Assembly: GCA_023150845.1 (NCBI GenBank) | Contig: JAKLKD010000022.1 | Location: 1-44,936 of the forward strand | DNA from: Myxococcota bacterium | GTDB taxonomy: Bacteria > Myxococcota_A > UBA796 > CAJQPC01 | Reading direction: 5' to 3' | DNA length: 44,936 nucleotides | In this document: piece by piece, positions 11,823-20,736 of the stretch | Layout: each line of letters opens with the position of its first letter | Position numbering within the stretch: position 1 is the first letter of the stretch | Program-made: the position numbers and the translations under genes | The notes under the pieces: generated by a model | Told to the model about the DNA's origin: nothing | Seen by the model: only the letters and a program-made list of their open reading frames with translations | Databases searched by the model: none

Positions 11823-12887
11823 GTGAGCGACTGGCGCAACAAGCTCCCCTCGGCCTACGACTACCGCGAGAGCGCGCGCGCCCGAAACACCGGCGAGCGC
11901 TTCGCCTGCGTCGTGAACCCCAAGGCGAAGGCCGGTGAGGTCGGGGCGCGCATCGACGAGATCCGCCGCGCCGTGGACCGCGCCTTTGAGCAGTGGGAGG
12001 TCAAGGTCAGCGAGGGCCCCGGCCACGCCACGGAGCTCGCCCGCCAGGCCATCGACGAGGGCTTCGACATCGTCGCGGCGCTGGGCGGCGACGGCACCTG
12101 CAATGAGGTCGTCAACGGCTTCTTCAACGGCAAGCTCACCCGCAGCCGCCGCACCGTCTACACCATCCTGCCTTGGGGCACGGGCTCGGACCTCGCGAAG
12201 ACCCTACGCGCCCCAGGCGGCCTGGAGGACGCCCTCTGGGTGGCCTCGACGGGCATGACCCTCCCCACAGACGTCGGCCACATCTCCGCCCTCACCAGCG
12301 ACGGCCAGCCCTTCGAGCGTGTGTTCATCAACGTCTTGGGCTTCGGCGCGAACGGCGACGTCGTGGACCGGGTGAACAAGGGCTCAAAGCGCCTCGGCGG
12401 CAAGCTCACCTTCTACAAGTCCACCGTCGACTCCTTGATGCAGTACAAGCCCGGCCAGGTGAAGGTCGAGTGGGAGGGCCCCGACGGCCCCGGCGAGTGG
12501 ACGGGGGAGCTGCTCTCGGGCTTCTTGGCGAACGGCGCCTACTGCGGCGGCGGCATGCACGTCGGCAAGGGCGGCTCGATGCACGACGGCGCCTTCGACC
12601 TCACCCTGCTGCCGAACTTCGGCCTCTTGGGCAACGTCGCGCGCTCCTGGCGTCTCTACGACGGCAGCGTGTGGAAGATCCCCGGCGCCCGCCGTGCCTA
12701 CGCCACCAAAGTGACCGCCCGCGGCCTCGGCGACGAGCCCGTGCTCTTGGACGTGGACGGCGAGCAGCCCGGGTTGTTGCCCGCGACGATCACGATCCTC
12801 CCCAAGTCGCTCATGGTCCGCGGCGGCTGGATCCACTCGCCCTTGCTTCAGAGCGAGCGTGAGGTCTGGCGTCCTGAAGGCGGCTGA
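11823..12887 (+). CDS. Diacylglycerol/lipid kinase catalytic-domain protein (YegS/BmrU/DgkA-like)
   Basis: The DAGK_cat signature is present as FDIVAALGGDGTCNEVVNG, with the N-terminal FACVVNPKA. A GGAGG lies 6 nt upstream of GTG 11823. Confidence 0.8.
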   Translation: MSDWRNKLPSAYDYRESARARNTGERFACVVNPKAKAGEVGARIDEIRRAVDRAFEQWEVKVSEGPGHATELARQAIDEGFDIVAALGGDGTCNEVVNGFFNGKLTRSRRTVYTILPWGTGSDLAKTLRAPGGLEDALWVASTGMTLPTDVGHISALTSDGQPFERVFINVLGFGANGDVVDRVNKGSKRLGGKLTFYKSTVDSLMQYKPGQVKVEWEGPDGPGEWTGELLSGFLANGAYCGGGMHVGKGGSMHDGAFDLTLLPNFGLLGNVARSWRLYDGSVWKIPGARRAYATKVTARGLGDEPVLLDVDGEQPGLLPATITILPKSLMVRGGWIHSPLLQSEREVWRPEGG

Positions 12888-13298
12888 GCCTCGCTCAGGC
12901 CTGTACAAAGCCGATGCACGTCCGCCCGAAGCGGGGCGCGGCGTTCGGCCAGCGGTCTCCACGGGGCGCTCCTGATCGGCGTCATGGTGGGCCTGCAACC
13001 TCTGTCCATGCTCTGTCTATAGCGTGTGACGTGGTCGTCGGAGCTCGTCTCCACGAGATTACTGTACATCAAGTATCAACAAATACGAAAATTATGAAAC
13101 TTTAGATCTAAAGAGAATTCGGGTCGAGCGAGCTCAGCAAAGTGCTTACAGTTGACGAAACTCTCGCACTTATCTGAGTAGACGCGGGTTTCTCAGTGTG
13201 GTACCTTCCATCATGCAAGGGTCAGAAAGAGCCATAGAATGAGTGCAGGCTACGGCTCTTTAAGAAATATAAAAATCACAAGAATGATGGAGGCCAAC

Positions 13299-13592
13299 AT
13301 GAACAAGGCGGATCTGACCGAGGCGCTGGCTGAGCGTGCGAACATCCCCAAGGTGCGCGCCGCGAACTACATCAACATCCTCACGGAGGCCATCCGTGAG
13401 GCGCTGACCAACGGCGACAAGGTGACCATCTCCGACTTCGGCACCTTCACGATCTCCCGTCGTCGCTCGTTCAAGGGGCGCAACCCCAAGAACCGCGAGG
13501 AGATCAACGTGCCGGAGCGCCGCATCCCGGTGTTCCGCGCGGGCAAGGGTCTCAAGGAGGCCCTGAACCTCGATGAGCTCGACGCGGCGTGA
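13299..13592 (+). CDS. hup: HU/IHF family nucleoid-associated DNA-binding protein
   Basis: MNKADLTEALAERANIPKVRAANYINILTEAIREALTNGDKVTISDFGTFTISRRRSFKGRNPKNREEINVPERRIPVFRAGKGLKEAL matches HU throughout. A GGAGG lies 5 nt upstream of ATG 13299. The listed 13239 start adds a non-HU leader. Confidence 0.9.
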   Translation: MNKADLTEALAERANIPKVRAANYINILTEAIREALTNGDKVTISDFGTFTISRRRSFKGRNPKNREEINVPERRIPVFRAGKGLKEALNLDELDAA

Positions 13593-13786
13593 GCTGACCT
13601 CCCTCGTTGGGCGCGCGCTCGCTCCGCGCGCTCAACGAGCCCTCGCCTCTTGACCTTTCGCTCCTGATGTACACTGTCTTCGTGGCTTGTTCGAGCATCG
13701 GCACATCGCGTGGCCTTCGGTGATTCCCACCGTGAAGGGCGATTCGCCCACGCGGCTGCCCCCTGGCAGTCGCCAGGAGCAGGTAC

Positions 13787-14407
13787 ATGGAAGAGTTCGC
13801 AGCAGGAGCCACCCGCTCCAACACTCCCCTTGTCGAGCTCGTCGCTGACGCTCGACTCCCCAGCCGGTACGGCGACTTCCGCGTGGTCGGGTTTCGCTCC
13901 TGGGACGGTGAAGACCTCGGCGCCGTGATCCGAGGCGACGTCAACGGCGCTGAAGGGGTCCCGGTGCGCCTGCACTCGGAGTGCTTCACCGGCGACGTCA
14001 TGGGCAGCCTCCGCTGCGACTGCCGTGACCAGCTTGAGGCCGCCTTGCGCTTCATCGGTCGCGCCGAGCGCGGCGCCGTGCTCTACCTCCCGCAGGAGGG
14101 CCGCGGCATCGGCCTCGTGAACAAGATCCGCGCCTACGCGCTGCAGGACATGGGCCTGGACACCGTCGAGGCGAACCTCGCCCTCGGCTTCGAGGACGAT
14201 CTGCGCCGCTACGACGTGGCCGCGAGCATGGTGCAGGCCCTCGGCATCCGCTCGGTCTGCCTTCTGACCAACAACCCGAAGAAGATCGCTGGGTTGCGTG
14301 GCTTCGGTGTCCCCGTCGTCGGGACCCTCCCTGTGCGTATGCCGCCGAACGAGCACAACCAGCGTTACCTCGACACCAAACGCGCCAAGAGCGGCCACCT
14401 GCTCTGA
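13787..14407 (+). CDS. ribA: GTP cyclohydrolase II (monofunctional RibA)
   Basis: ARLPSRYGDFRVVGF, RLHSECFTGDVMGSLRCDCRDQLE (the Zn-binding Cys triad) and QEGRGIGLVNKIRAYALQDMGLDTVEANLALGF are all RibA blocks. Confidence 0.9.
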   Translation: MEEFAAGATRSNTPLVELVADARLPSRYGDFRVVGFRSWDGEDLGAVIRGDVNGAEGVPVRLHSECFTGDVMGSLRCDCRDQLEAALRFIGRAERGAVLYLPQEGRGIGLVNKIRAYALQDMGLDTVEANLALGFEDDLRRYDVAASMVQALGIRSVCLLTNNPKKIAGLRGFGVPVVGTLPVRMPPNEHNQRYLDTKRAKSGHLL

Positions 14408-14619
14408 GCGCACGCGCGATTCCTCGGGGGGGTCGATCATGGCCTTCCCCCCGGTGGGATCGGCTCCTGGTGTACTTTTTTGAGCGGCTAGATCGGGGTG
14501 TTGCACGGCAGGGCTGAAGAACATGGGCTATGATGCGAAGCCGTTCACGTCGAGTTGACAACCACAGCTGTCACACCCGACTTGGCGCTCTCCGGCCACC
14601 TCTCTTCGAGGCGCTCAGC

Positions 14620-17115
14620 ATGAAGTCCCTCCCCGTTCTCTCCCTCGGCGTCATCGCGGTGGCCCTCGCTGGCTGTCGCTCCAGCACGGGCACCCCCGTC
14701 GTGTTGACCTACCCCGTCATCGAGGTCAGCTCCAAGTGGGTTGAGTTCGGCCTGACAGAGCACGGTGAGGCCGTCACGCGCACCTTCACGATCTCCAACG
14801 ACGGCGACCTGCCGCTGGGGATCTCCGACATCCGCGAGGGCGGCGGTATGGACGGTGATTTCACGATCACCTTCGACCCCACGCTCAAGTCCTGCCCCGA
14901 GACCGCCAGCGGCGACACGGGCGAGCCCGAGGGCAAGTCCGGCGGCAACACGCCCCCTGGGCCGGTCATCTCCGCGGACACGACGACCGTCGACTTCGGC
15001 AACGTCGCCTCGGGCAAGACCGAGGTGAAGTACATCACCCTCTACAACACGGGTGACGCCGACCTCTCGATCACCAAGGCCGCCATCGCGCCGTCGGACA
15101 GCCCCTTCTCGATGGTCGTGGACCCCACGGGCACCACCATCGCCAAGGGCGGCACCTCGGCCGTCGTGCTTCAGTACTCGCCCACGACCACGTCTGGCGA
15201 CGAGGCCTCCTTGGTCATCGTCAGCAACGGCACCCCGGCGGTGCTTGAGGTCGCGCTGAAGGGCAACATCGGCGGCGAGCCCATCGACACCGACACCGGC
15301 ACCGGCGGCGACTCCGGCGGCGGCGACTCTGGCGGCGGCGACTCCGACGACCCGGGCCCCGATCCCGGCGACGGCCAGGTGCTCTTCACCTTGGAGAAGG
15401 GCTGCACGATGCCCGTCGACGTCACCTTCTCGCCGGTGAGCGTCGGGGATGTGTACGGCTCGGTCATCATCGAGACCAAGACCCAAGACCGCGAGGACAC
15501 CGAGGATCCCGAGTACTGGGCCGACCTCGACAACTCCCGCATCGTCGTCTACACGAAGGGTGAGGCCGAGAAGGGCGAAGGTCGCGCCATCGTGACCCCC
15601 CGCTCCGTGCCCTTCGGCTCGGTCTGGACGGGTGAGGAGGAGGTCCGCTACATCCGCGTGCTGAACAGCGGCGACGGCGACCTCACGCTCACCGCGCCCA
15701 CCTTGGACTCCACCTGCGACACCGCCTTCAGCCTCACCTACTCCTTCGCCGAGGCCGAGGACTCCACGAAGGTGCTCGAGTCGGGCAAGAGCTCGCTCAT
15801 CGAGGTCACCTTCGTCCCCGAGGACCAGAAGAGCGCGTACTGCACGGTCTACGTCAACTCCGACGACAGCTCGAACCCCTCGGTGCCGGTCTACCTCCAG
15901 GGCAACAACGGCACGGACCCGGACAACGTCCCGCCGACGGTGAAGATCCGCTCTCCTGAGCCTGGGTACATGCACAACAACCCGGGCCCCATCGAGATGG
16001 AGCTCAACGTCTTCGACAAGAACCAGCCCGCGACCTCGCTCTCTTGTAAGGTCTACAGCTCGCTGAACGTGCTGGCCAACGTCGCGGACTGCACGCCGAC
16101 CGACGAGTCCGGCCACGTCTTCTTGACGGTGCCGACGGAGGACTTCAACCCCGGCGTTGACACCCTCCTGGTGCGGGTCACCGACGCCTCGGGCATCCGC
16201 ACGACGGCCTCCTTGTCGATGATCATCAACGCCTCGTACCCCAGCAGCGATGACGACGGCGACGCCTTCGGCACCGACAGCAGCGAGCTGGTGACCGACT
16301 GCGACGACAACAACCGCGACACCTACCCCAACGCGGCGGAGATCTACGACTCTCTGGACAACGACTGCGACAGCATCGTTGACGAGGGCACCATCGGCTC
16401 TGACGACGACGGTGACACCTTCTCCGAGAACGACGAAGACTGCGACGACACCGACGAGGACACCTACCCCGGCGCCCCTGAGTCCCCGGACTACAAGGAC
16501 AACGACTGCGACGGCACCATCGACGAGAACACCACGCTCAGCGATGATGACGGCGACGGTTACGCCGAGGTGAACAACGACTGCAACGACCTCGACGAGG
16601 AGATCAGCCCCAGCGCCGTTGAGATCTGCGACAGCGTAGACAACGACTGCAACGGCCTCGTCGATGACGCCTGCCTCGCCCTGGACTCCGAGCCGCTCAT
16701 CGTCGGCGGCATCGACATGAGCCAGACCGCGGTGGAGGTCGGTGACACCGTCCAGCTCTCGACCTTCATCTACGACGCCGACGGTGAGGCCATCTACTTC
16801 ACCTGGACGACCGAGGGCGGCACCTCCGCGGGCACCACCTCCTCGACGCTGTCTTGGACCGCGCCGGAGACCCTGGAGAACAACGACGGCGAGATCTACC
16901 AGATCTACCTCGTCGCCCAGGACGACTCCGGTCACCAGGTCTGGGACTTCGCCCGTGTGGCGGTCTACCCCGAGGGCGCCTTGTTCAAGGACTTCGTAGA
17001 GATCGTCTACACCGAGGAGGAGACGGGCTGCTCGTCCTCCAGCGCTGGCGCTGGCCTCGGCCTCGGCCTCATGGGGCTCGGCCTCGCGCTGGCTCGCCGC
17101 CGCCGCCAGAGCTGA
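14620..17115 (+). CDS. Large cell-surface lipoprotein: N-terminal lipobox, ASH/choice-of-anchor-D-like β-sandwich repeats, three DNDCDx(I/L)VDE Cys-Asp repeats, and a C-terminal MYXO-CTERM sorting signal
   Basis: The signal peptide is MKSLPVLSLGVIAVALAGC (lipobox LAGC). Repeated motifs FG.V..G.....T.TI.N.GD..L.I (e.g. FGNVASGKTEVKYITLYNTGDADLSI) occur. A GGDSGGGDSGGGDSDDPGPDPGDG linker follows. The Cys-Asp repeats include DTYPNAAEIYDSLDNDCDSIVDEG, DTYPGAPESPDYKDNDCDGTIDEN and VEICDSVDNDCNGLVDD. The C-terminus is GCSSSSAGAGLGLGLMGLGLALARRRRQS, matching the MYXO-CTERM pattern of Cys, then hydrophobic, then RRRR. The start is ATG 14620 rather than the listed 14530. Confidence 0.85.
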   Translation: MKSLPVLSLGVIAVALAGCRSSTGTPVVLTYPVIEVSSKWVEFGLTEHGEAVTRTFTISNDGDLPLGISDIREGGGMDGDFTITFDPTLKSCPETASGDTGEPEGKSGGNTPPGPVISADTTTVDFGNVASGKTEVKYITLYNTGDADLSITKAAIAPSDSPFSMVVDPTGTTIAKGGTSAVVLQYSPTTTSGDEASLVIVSNGTPAVLEVALKGNIGGEPIDTDTGTGGDSGGGDSGGGDSDDPGPDPGDGQVLFTLEKGCTMPVDVTFSPVSVGDVYGSVIIETKTQDREDTEDPEYWADLDNSRIVVYTKGEAEKGEGRAIVTPRSVPFGSVWTGEEEVRYIRVLNSGDGDLTLTAPTLDSTCDTAFSLTYSFAEAEDSTKVLESGKSSLIEVTFVPEDQKSAYCTVYVNSDDSSNPSVPVYLQGNNGTDPDNVPPTVKIRSPEPGYMHNNPGPIEMELNVFDKNQPATSLSCKVYSSLNVLANVADCTPTDESGHVFLTVPTEDFNPGVDTLLVRVTDASGIRTTASLSMIINASYPSSDDDGDAFGTDSSELVTDCDDNNRDTYPNAAEIYDSLDNDCDSIVDEGTIGSDDDGDTFSENDEDCDDTDEDTYPGAPESPDYKDNDCDGTIDENTTLSDDDGDGYAEVNNDCNDLDEEISPSAVEICDSVDNDCNGLVDDACLALDSEPLIVGGIDMSQTAVEVGDTVQLSTFIYDADGEAIYFTWTTEGGTSAGTTSSTLSWTAPETLENNDGEIYQIYLVAQDDSGHQVWDFARVAVYPEGALFKDFVEIVYTEEETGCSSSSAGAGLGLGLMGLGLALARRRRQS

Positions 17116-17138
17116 TCCCTCCGCCTTCGGGCACAAGA

Positions 17139-17166
17139 CGCGGTGAGGCCTCCCTCACCGCGTTTT
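17139..17166 (+). terminator. Strong intrinsic terminator, CGCGGTGAGG-CCTC-CCTCACCGCG followed by TTTTG, between the convergent lipoprotein gene and rsmE
   Basis: A perfect 10-bp stem is followed by a T4 tract, 24 nt after the lipoprotein stop. Confidence 0.75.
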
Positions 17167-17192
17167 GCGCTTCAGGGCCCCCGTAGGCTCGC

Positions 17193-17876
17193 TCAGCTCG
17201 GGGCGTACCGGGCCAAGGCCACGGCGACGGCGGTGTCGGCGCGTAGGGTCCAGCGGCCGAGGCTCGCCGCCTGGAAGCCGGCCTCAGCGGCGAGGGCCAG
17301 CTCATCCGGGGCGAGGCCACCCTCAGGGCCGAGCAGCAGGCAGAGGGCCTCGTCCGCCTCCGCCGGGCGTGCGGGGCCCGAGCCCGGGGTGAGCACGAGG
17401 CGATGACCATGAAGCCCCGCGAGCTGGGCTCGGAGCGGGGCGACGGGGCGAAGGACCGGGGTATCCGCGCGGCCACACTGCCTGGCGGCCTCGGCGGTGA
17501 TGCGCTCCCAGCGGTCGAGGTGGTCCCCTTGGGCGACGGAGCGCCGGGCGACGAAGGGCCGAAGCTCGGTCATGCCCAGCTCGGTCGCCAGGCGTAAAGA
17601 GAGGTCCCAGGCGGGCTTTCGGGTGAGGCCCATCACCATCACCCGCGGGGCCAAGGCCGAGACGCGCCGGGCGGGGCTCGTCGCCACGACGACGGCCAGC
17701 TCACCGTCGGAGTCGACGAGGCGGCCGTCACACTCCGCGCCTAAGCCATCAAAGAGGATGACCGCCTCGCCCCGGGGCACGAGGGTGACCCGGAGCAGGT
17801 GGTGGGAGACCTCGGCGTCGAGCTGCACCCGCTCGCCGTCTCCCGGCAAGAATGGTGCGCGAAAACGACGGGTCAA
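17193..17876 (-). CDS. rsmE: 16S rRNA (uracil1498-N3)-methyltransferase RsmE
   Basis: It has the RsmE pattern, with an N-terminal PUA-like region (RFRAPFLPGDGERVQLDAEVSHHLLRV, ILFDGLGAECDG) and a SPOUT C-terminus (TPVLRPVAPL, LCLLLGPEGGLAPDEL). It overlaps prmA by 4 nt. Confidence 0.85.
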   Translation of the reverse strand: MTRRFRAPFLPGDGERVQLDAEVSHHLLRVTLVPRGEAVILFDGLGAECDGRLVDSDGELAVVVATSPARRVSALAPRVMVMGLTRKPAWDLSLRLATELGMTELRPFVARRSVAQGDHLDRWERITAEAARQCGRADTPVLRPVAPLRAQLAGLHGHRLVLTPGSGPARPAEADEALCLLLGPEGGLAPDELALAAEAGFQAASLGRWTLRADTAVAVALARYAPS

Positions 17877-18739
17877 CCGCGCTCCTCGGGGAGCTTCACG
17901 AGGTGCAGGCTCACCCAGTCACCCTCTTGCACCCGCGCGGTGAGCGCGAGGGGAGGGGACAGCGCCTCGACGACCTTGTCCGCGCGGTCGGCGAGGATGC
18001 CCGCGAGCACGAGGTGACGGCCGGTGAGGCGGCTGAGCTCCGGCGCCATGCCGACGAGCACCTCAGCGTAGAGGTTCGCGACGACGAGGTCGTAGGGGCC
18101 ACGCAGCGCGGACAGCTCGGTGTCGGAGAAGTGGGCGTCGAGCTCGTTCTCCGCGGCGTTCTCTTGGGAGGTGCGCACACACTCGGGGTCGTTGTCGATG
18201 CCGACGGCCTTCATGCCGAGCTTCACCGCGGCCAGGGCGAGCACCCCGGAGCCGCAGCCGACGTCCAGGCAGGTGCGGCACTCCCCGGCGAGGCGGTCGA
18301 TGGCGCTGAGGCAGGCCAAGGTCGTGGGGTGGTCTCCGGTCCCGAAGGCCTGGCCGGGCGGGATGACGAGGTCCCCGGGAACGGCCTCCCAAGGCGGCGA
18401 GACGCGCAGGCGGTCGGAGATCACGATGCGGTGGTGGTGGATCTTCCAGCTCTCCGCCCAGTCCTCCTCGTTCACCGGCAGGCGCTCAAAGCTCAGCTCG
18501 GCGTCGGCCTCGGCGAAGGCCTCGGCGGCCGCGTCGGCGTCCTCCTCGCTGAACCAGGCGCGGAAGGTCACAAACATCGGCAGGGGGGGATCTTCGGTGT
18601 CCCAGGGCTGGCGAAAGCGCAGCGGGGTGCCCGGGGCCGGGGCCTCCTGCACGCCGCTCGCGCCGTGCTCGAAGGCCAGATCAGACAGGTCGTCCATGCG
18701 GGTCCGGGGGATCACCGCGCGCAGCTCAATCCAGGACAT
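17873..18739 (-). CDS. prmA: Ribosomal protein L11 methyltransferase PrmA
   Basis: The PrmA hallmarks are FGTGDHPTTLACL, the SAM-binding CLDVGCGSGVLALAA, and DLVVANL. Confidence 0.9.
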   Translation of the reverse strand: MSWIELRAVIPRTRMDDLSDLAFEHGASGVQEAPAPGTPLRFRQPWDTEDPPLPMFVTFRAWFSEEDADAAAEAFAEADAELSFERLPVNEEDWAESWKIHHHRIVISDRLRVSPPWEAVPGDLVIPPGQAFGTGDHPTTLACLSAIDRLAGECRTCLDVGCGSGVLALAAVKLGMKAVGIDNDPECVRTSQENAAENELDAHFSDTELSALRGPYDLVVANLYAEVLVGMAPELSRLTGRHLVLAGILADRADKVVEALSPPLALTARVQEGDWVSLHLVKLPEERG

Positions 18740-18745
18740 CAGCCC

Positions 18746-20122
18746 TCACTCCATCGGCGTCGGCGGGCGAGGCGCGGGCAGCCGGACGCCCTTCTTCTTG
18801 GCCTCAATGAGCAGGGCGAGGCCCTCCGAGCCGCTGGTGATGTGCACCCAGGCGGTCGGGTCGTCGAGGAGGCCCTTCACGAAGAGCGACGGCGTCGCCA
18901 TGACCCCGGCCTCCCAGCCGTGGGCGACGTCGCTGCGCACCCGGTCGCTCGTGGCCTCGTCGCTCATGCAGGTGTCCAGGGCGGCCAGGTCGAGGGAGAC
19001 CTGCTGGGCCATGAACCGGATGTTCTCTTTGCTCAGCACGGCCTGGTTCTCGAACATCTGGGCGTTGAGCTCCCAGAAGCGGCCCTGCTGGGCGGCGCAG
19101 ACCGCGGCGGCGGAGGCCATACAGGCCTCGGCGTGGCCGGAGGAGGGGATGCGGTCGTTGCAGACGTTGGAGAGGGGATAGTGCTTGTACACCACCCGCA
19201 GCTCGGGGAGCTTGGCCGCGACGGCCTTGAGCTCCTTGGCCATCATCGCGCAGTGGGGGCACTGGTAGTCGGCGAACTCGACGACGGTGTAGGGCGCGTC
19301 GGGTTTGCCCCAGGCGGGCTCGTAGCCGTGCAGGTTCACCTTGCCCGCGACCTGCTCGTAGAGGCGGCCGTAGTCGGCGCTCTCGGCCTTGCCTTCGCTG
19401 ACCGCCTCGATGGCCTGGGCCGCGGGCGGGAGCTTGGTGTTCTCATAGAGGAAGTAGCCCAAGAGCCCGCCCACCACGGCGCCCATGAGGCCCAGGGGCA
19501 AGGAGCGATCCTTGTAGCCGGTGAGCGCGGCGGGGACCTGATCCATGAAGGGCTCGCCGCGGAGCGCCTGGTGACCGGCGACGACGAGCAAGGCGTTGAT
19601 GATGTAGGTGGTGACGCAGAGGATGCAGAAGGCGCCGAGCTGCATGCTCACGGCGCCCAAGAACAAGGACACGCCGAGAGCGAGGATCGACGTCGCCAAG
19701 ATGAAGGCCGCCGCGCGGTCGAGGCCGGGGCGATCCCGCCAGGCCTGCACCCCGACGACGGTGATGGCGCTGTAGAAGGCGAGGCCAAAGAGCGCGATGG
19801 GCACGCCGCCGACCTCGGACCAGGCCGAGGTGTTCACGAGGTCGCAGTTCAGGACGTCGTTGATGTTGCAGACGCTCGCGCCGCCCGCGAGGGCGACCTT
19901 GTGCTGCACGGCGAGGTACGCCGAGAGCCCCGCGCCGTACGCGCCCAAGGCGGCGACGCCGAGGGTCGGCGTGCGGGCCATGGCGCCGCCACACAGCATG
20001 AGCCCCGACACGAGCCCGGTGATCAGAGCGGGGGTCTCTTGGCCGTTCCCGAGCAGCGCCATGGCGCCGCCACCTGCGGCGAGGCCGAGCACGGGGAGCA
20101 AGAGGGTCATCAAGCGCTTCAT
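18746..20122 (-). CDS. Vitamin K epoxide reductase (VKOR) domain fused to a periplasmic thioredoxin/DsbA-like domain
   Basis: There are five TM segments. The VKOR loop Cys pair is CNINDVLNCD and the active-site CxxC is in a TM segment (FCILCVTTY). The C-terminal thioredoxin-fold domain carries EFADYQCPHCAMM (CPHC). Confidence 0.85.
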   Translation of the reverse strand: MKRLMTLLLPVLGLAAGGGAMALLGNGQETPALITGLVSGLMLCGGAMARTPTLGVAALGAYGAGLSAYLAVQHKVALAGGASVCNINDVLNCDLVNTSAWSEVGGVPIALFGLAFYSAITVVGVQAWRDRPGLDRAAAFILATSILALGVSLFLGAVSMQLGAFCILCVTTYIINALLVVAGHQALRGEPFMDQVPAALTGYKDRSLPLGLMGAVVGGLLGYFLYENTKLPPAAQAIEAVSEGKAESADYGRLYEQVAGKVNLHGYEPAWGKPDAPYTVVEFADYQCPHCAMMAKELKAVAAKLPELRVVYKHYPLSNVCNDRIPSSGHAEACMASAAAVCAAQQGRFWELNAQMFENQAVLSKENIRFMAQQVSLDLAALDTCMSDEATSDRVRSDVAHGWEAGVMATPSLFVKGLLDDPTAWVHITSGSEGLALLIEAKKKGVRLPAPRPPTPME

Positions 20123-20166
20123 CGTCTCTCCGAGAACGTGCAGGGGCAGCGGGGGTGGACCTCAGC

Positions 20167-20640
20167 TCAGCGGACGTTGCGCAGCTCGCGACGGTCGGCC
20201 TTGGCCTTGAGGTCTTCGCGCTTGTCGTGGAGTTTTTTGCCTCGGCCCAGCGCGATCTCGATCTTGGCCCAAGGCCCCCGGAAGTACATCGCGATGGGGA
20301 CCACGGAGAGGCCCTTCTCCTGAACCGCCCGGCGGATCTTCTCGATCTCTGCGGGCCGCATCAGGAGCTTTCGGACTCGCTCAGGGAGGTGGTTGTTGTC
20401 GCTGCCGTGGCTGTATGGCGCGATGTGGGCGGCGTGTAAGAACGCCTCGCCGTCCTTCACCTTGACGTAAGCGTCGGTGATCTGGGCCTTGCCGTTGCGC
20501 AGGGACTTCACCTCGGTCCCGAGCAGCGACATGCCCGCCTCGAAGCGGTCGGTGATCTCGAACTCGAAGGTCGCGCGCCGGTTCTGGGCGATCGGGCGCA
20601 CGGTCTTCGGCTTCTGGGGCTTGTTGGTGGGGTTGCTCAT
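20167..20640 (-). CDS. smpB: SsrA-binding protein SmpB
   Basis: ATFEFEITDRFEAGMSLLGTEVKSLRNGKAQITDAYV…GEAFLHAAHIAPY…KLLMRPAEIEKI is conserved along the whole length. Confidence 0.9.
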   Translation of the reverse strand: MSNPTNKPQKPKTVRPIAQNRRATFEFEITDRFEAGMSLLGTEVKSLRNGKAQITDAYVKVKDGEAFLHAAHIAPYSHGSDNNHLPERVRKLLMRPAEIEKIRRAVQEKGLSVVPIAMYFRGPWAKIEIALGRGKKLHDKREDLKAKADRRELRNVR

Positions 20641-20736
20641 GGCCCTGTCCGTCTTTGGGCCTGCATAACCGACTCTCCACGCGGCGGCGCGCTCGACGGC
20701 GCCTCGCCGCGTTATGCAGGGGCCGAGAGGTGGAAC

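Noticed and set aside
14440-14620. Possible σ70 promoter (TTGACA at about 14556) and terminator (T6 at about 14476) between ribA and the lipoprotein gene
   Set aside because: The TTGACA has no acceptable −10 at 16–18 bp spacing, and the T-run is not preceded by a clean stem. Neither is reportable as a feature.
14545-17136. 863-aa minus-strand ORF
   Set aside because: It is a mirror ORF of the lipoprotein gene, with a G/V/A/R-rich junk translation.
17852-20323. 823-aa plus-strand ORF
   Set aside because: It spans the antisense of rsmE, prmA and the VKOR gene and has a low-complexity translation. It is a shadow ORF.
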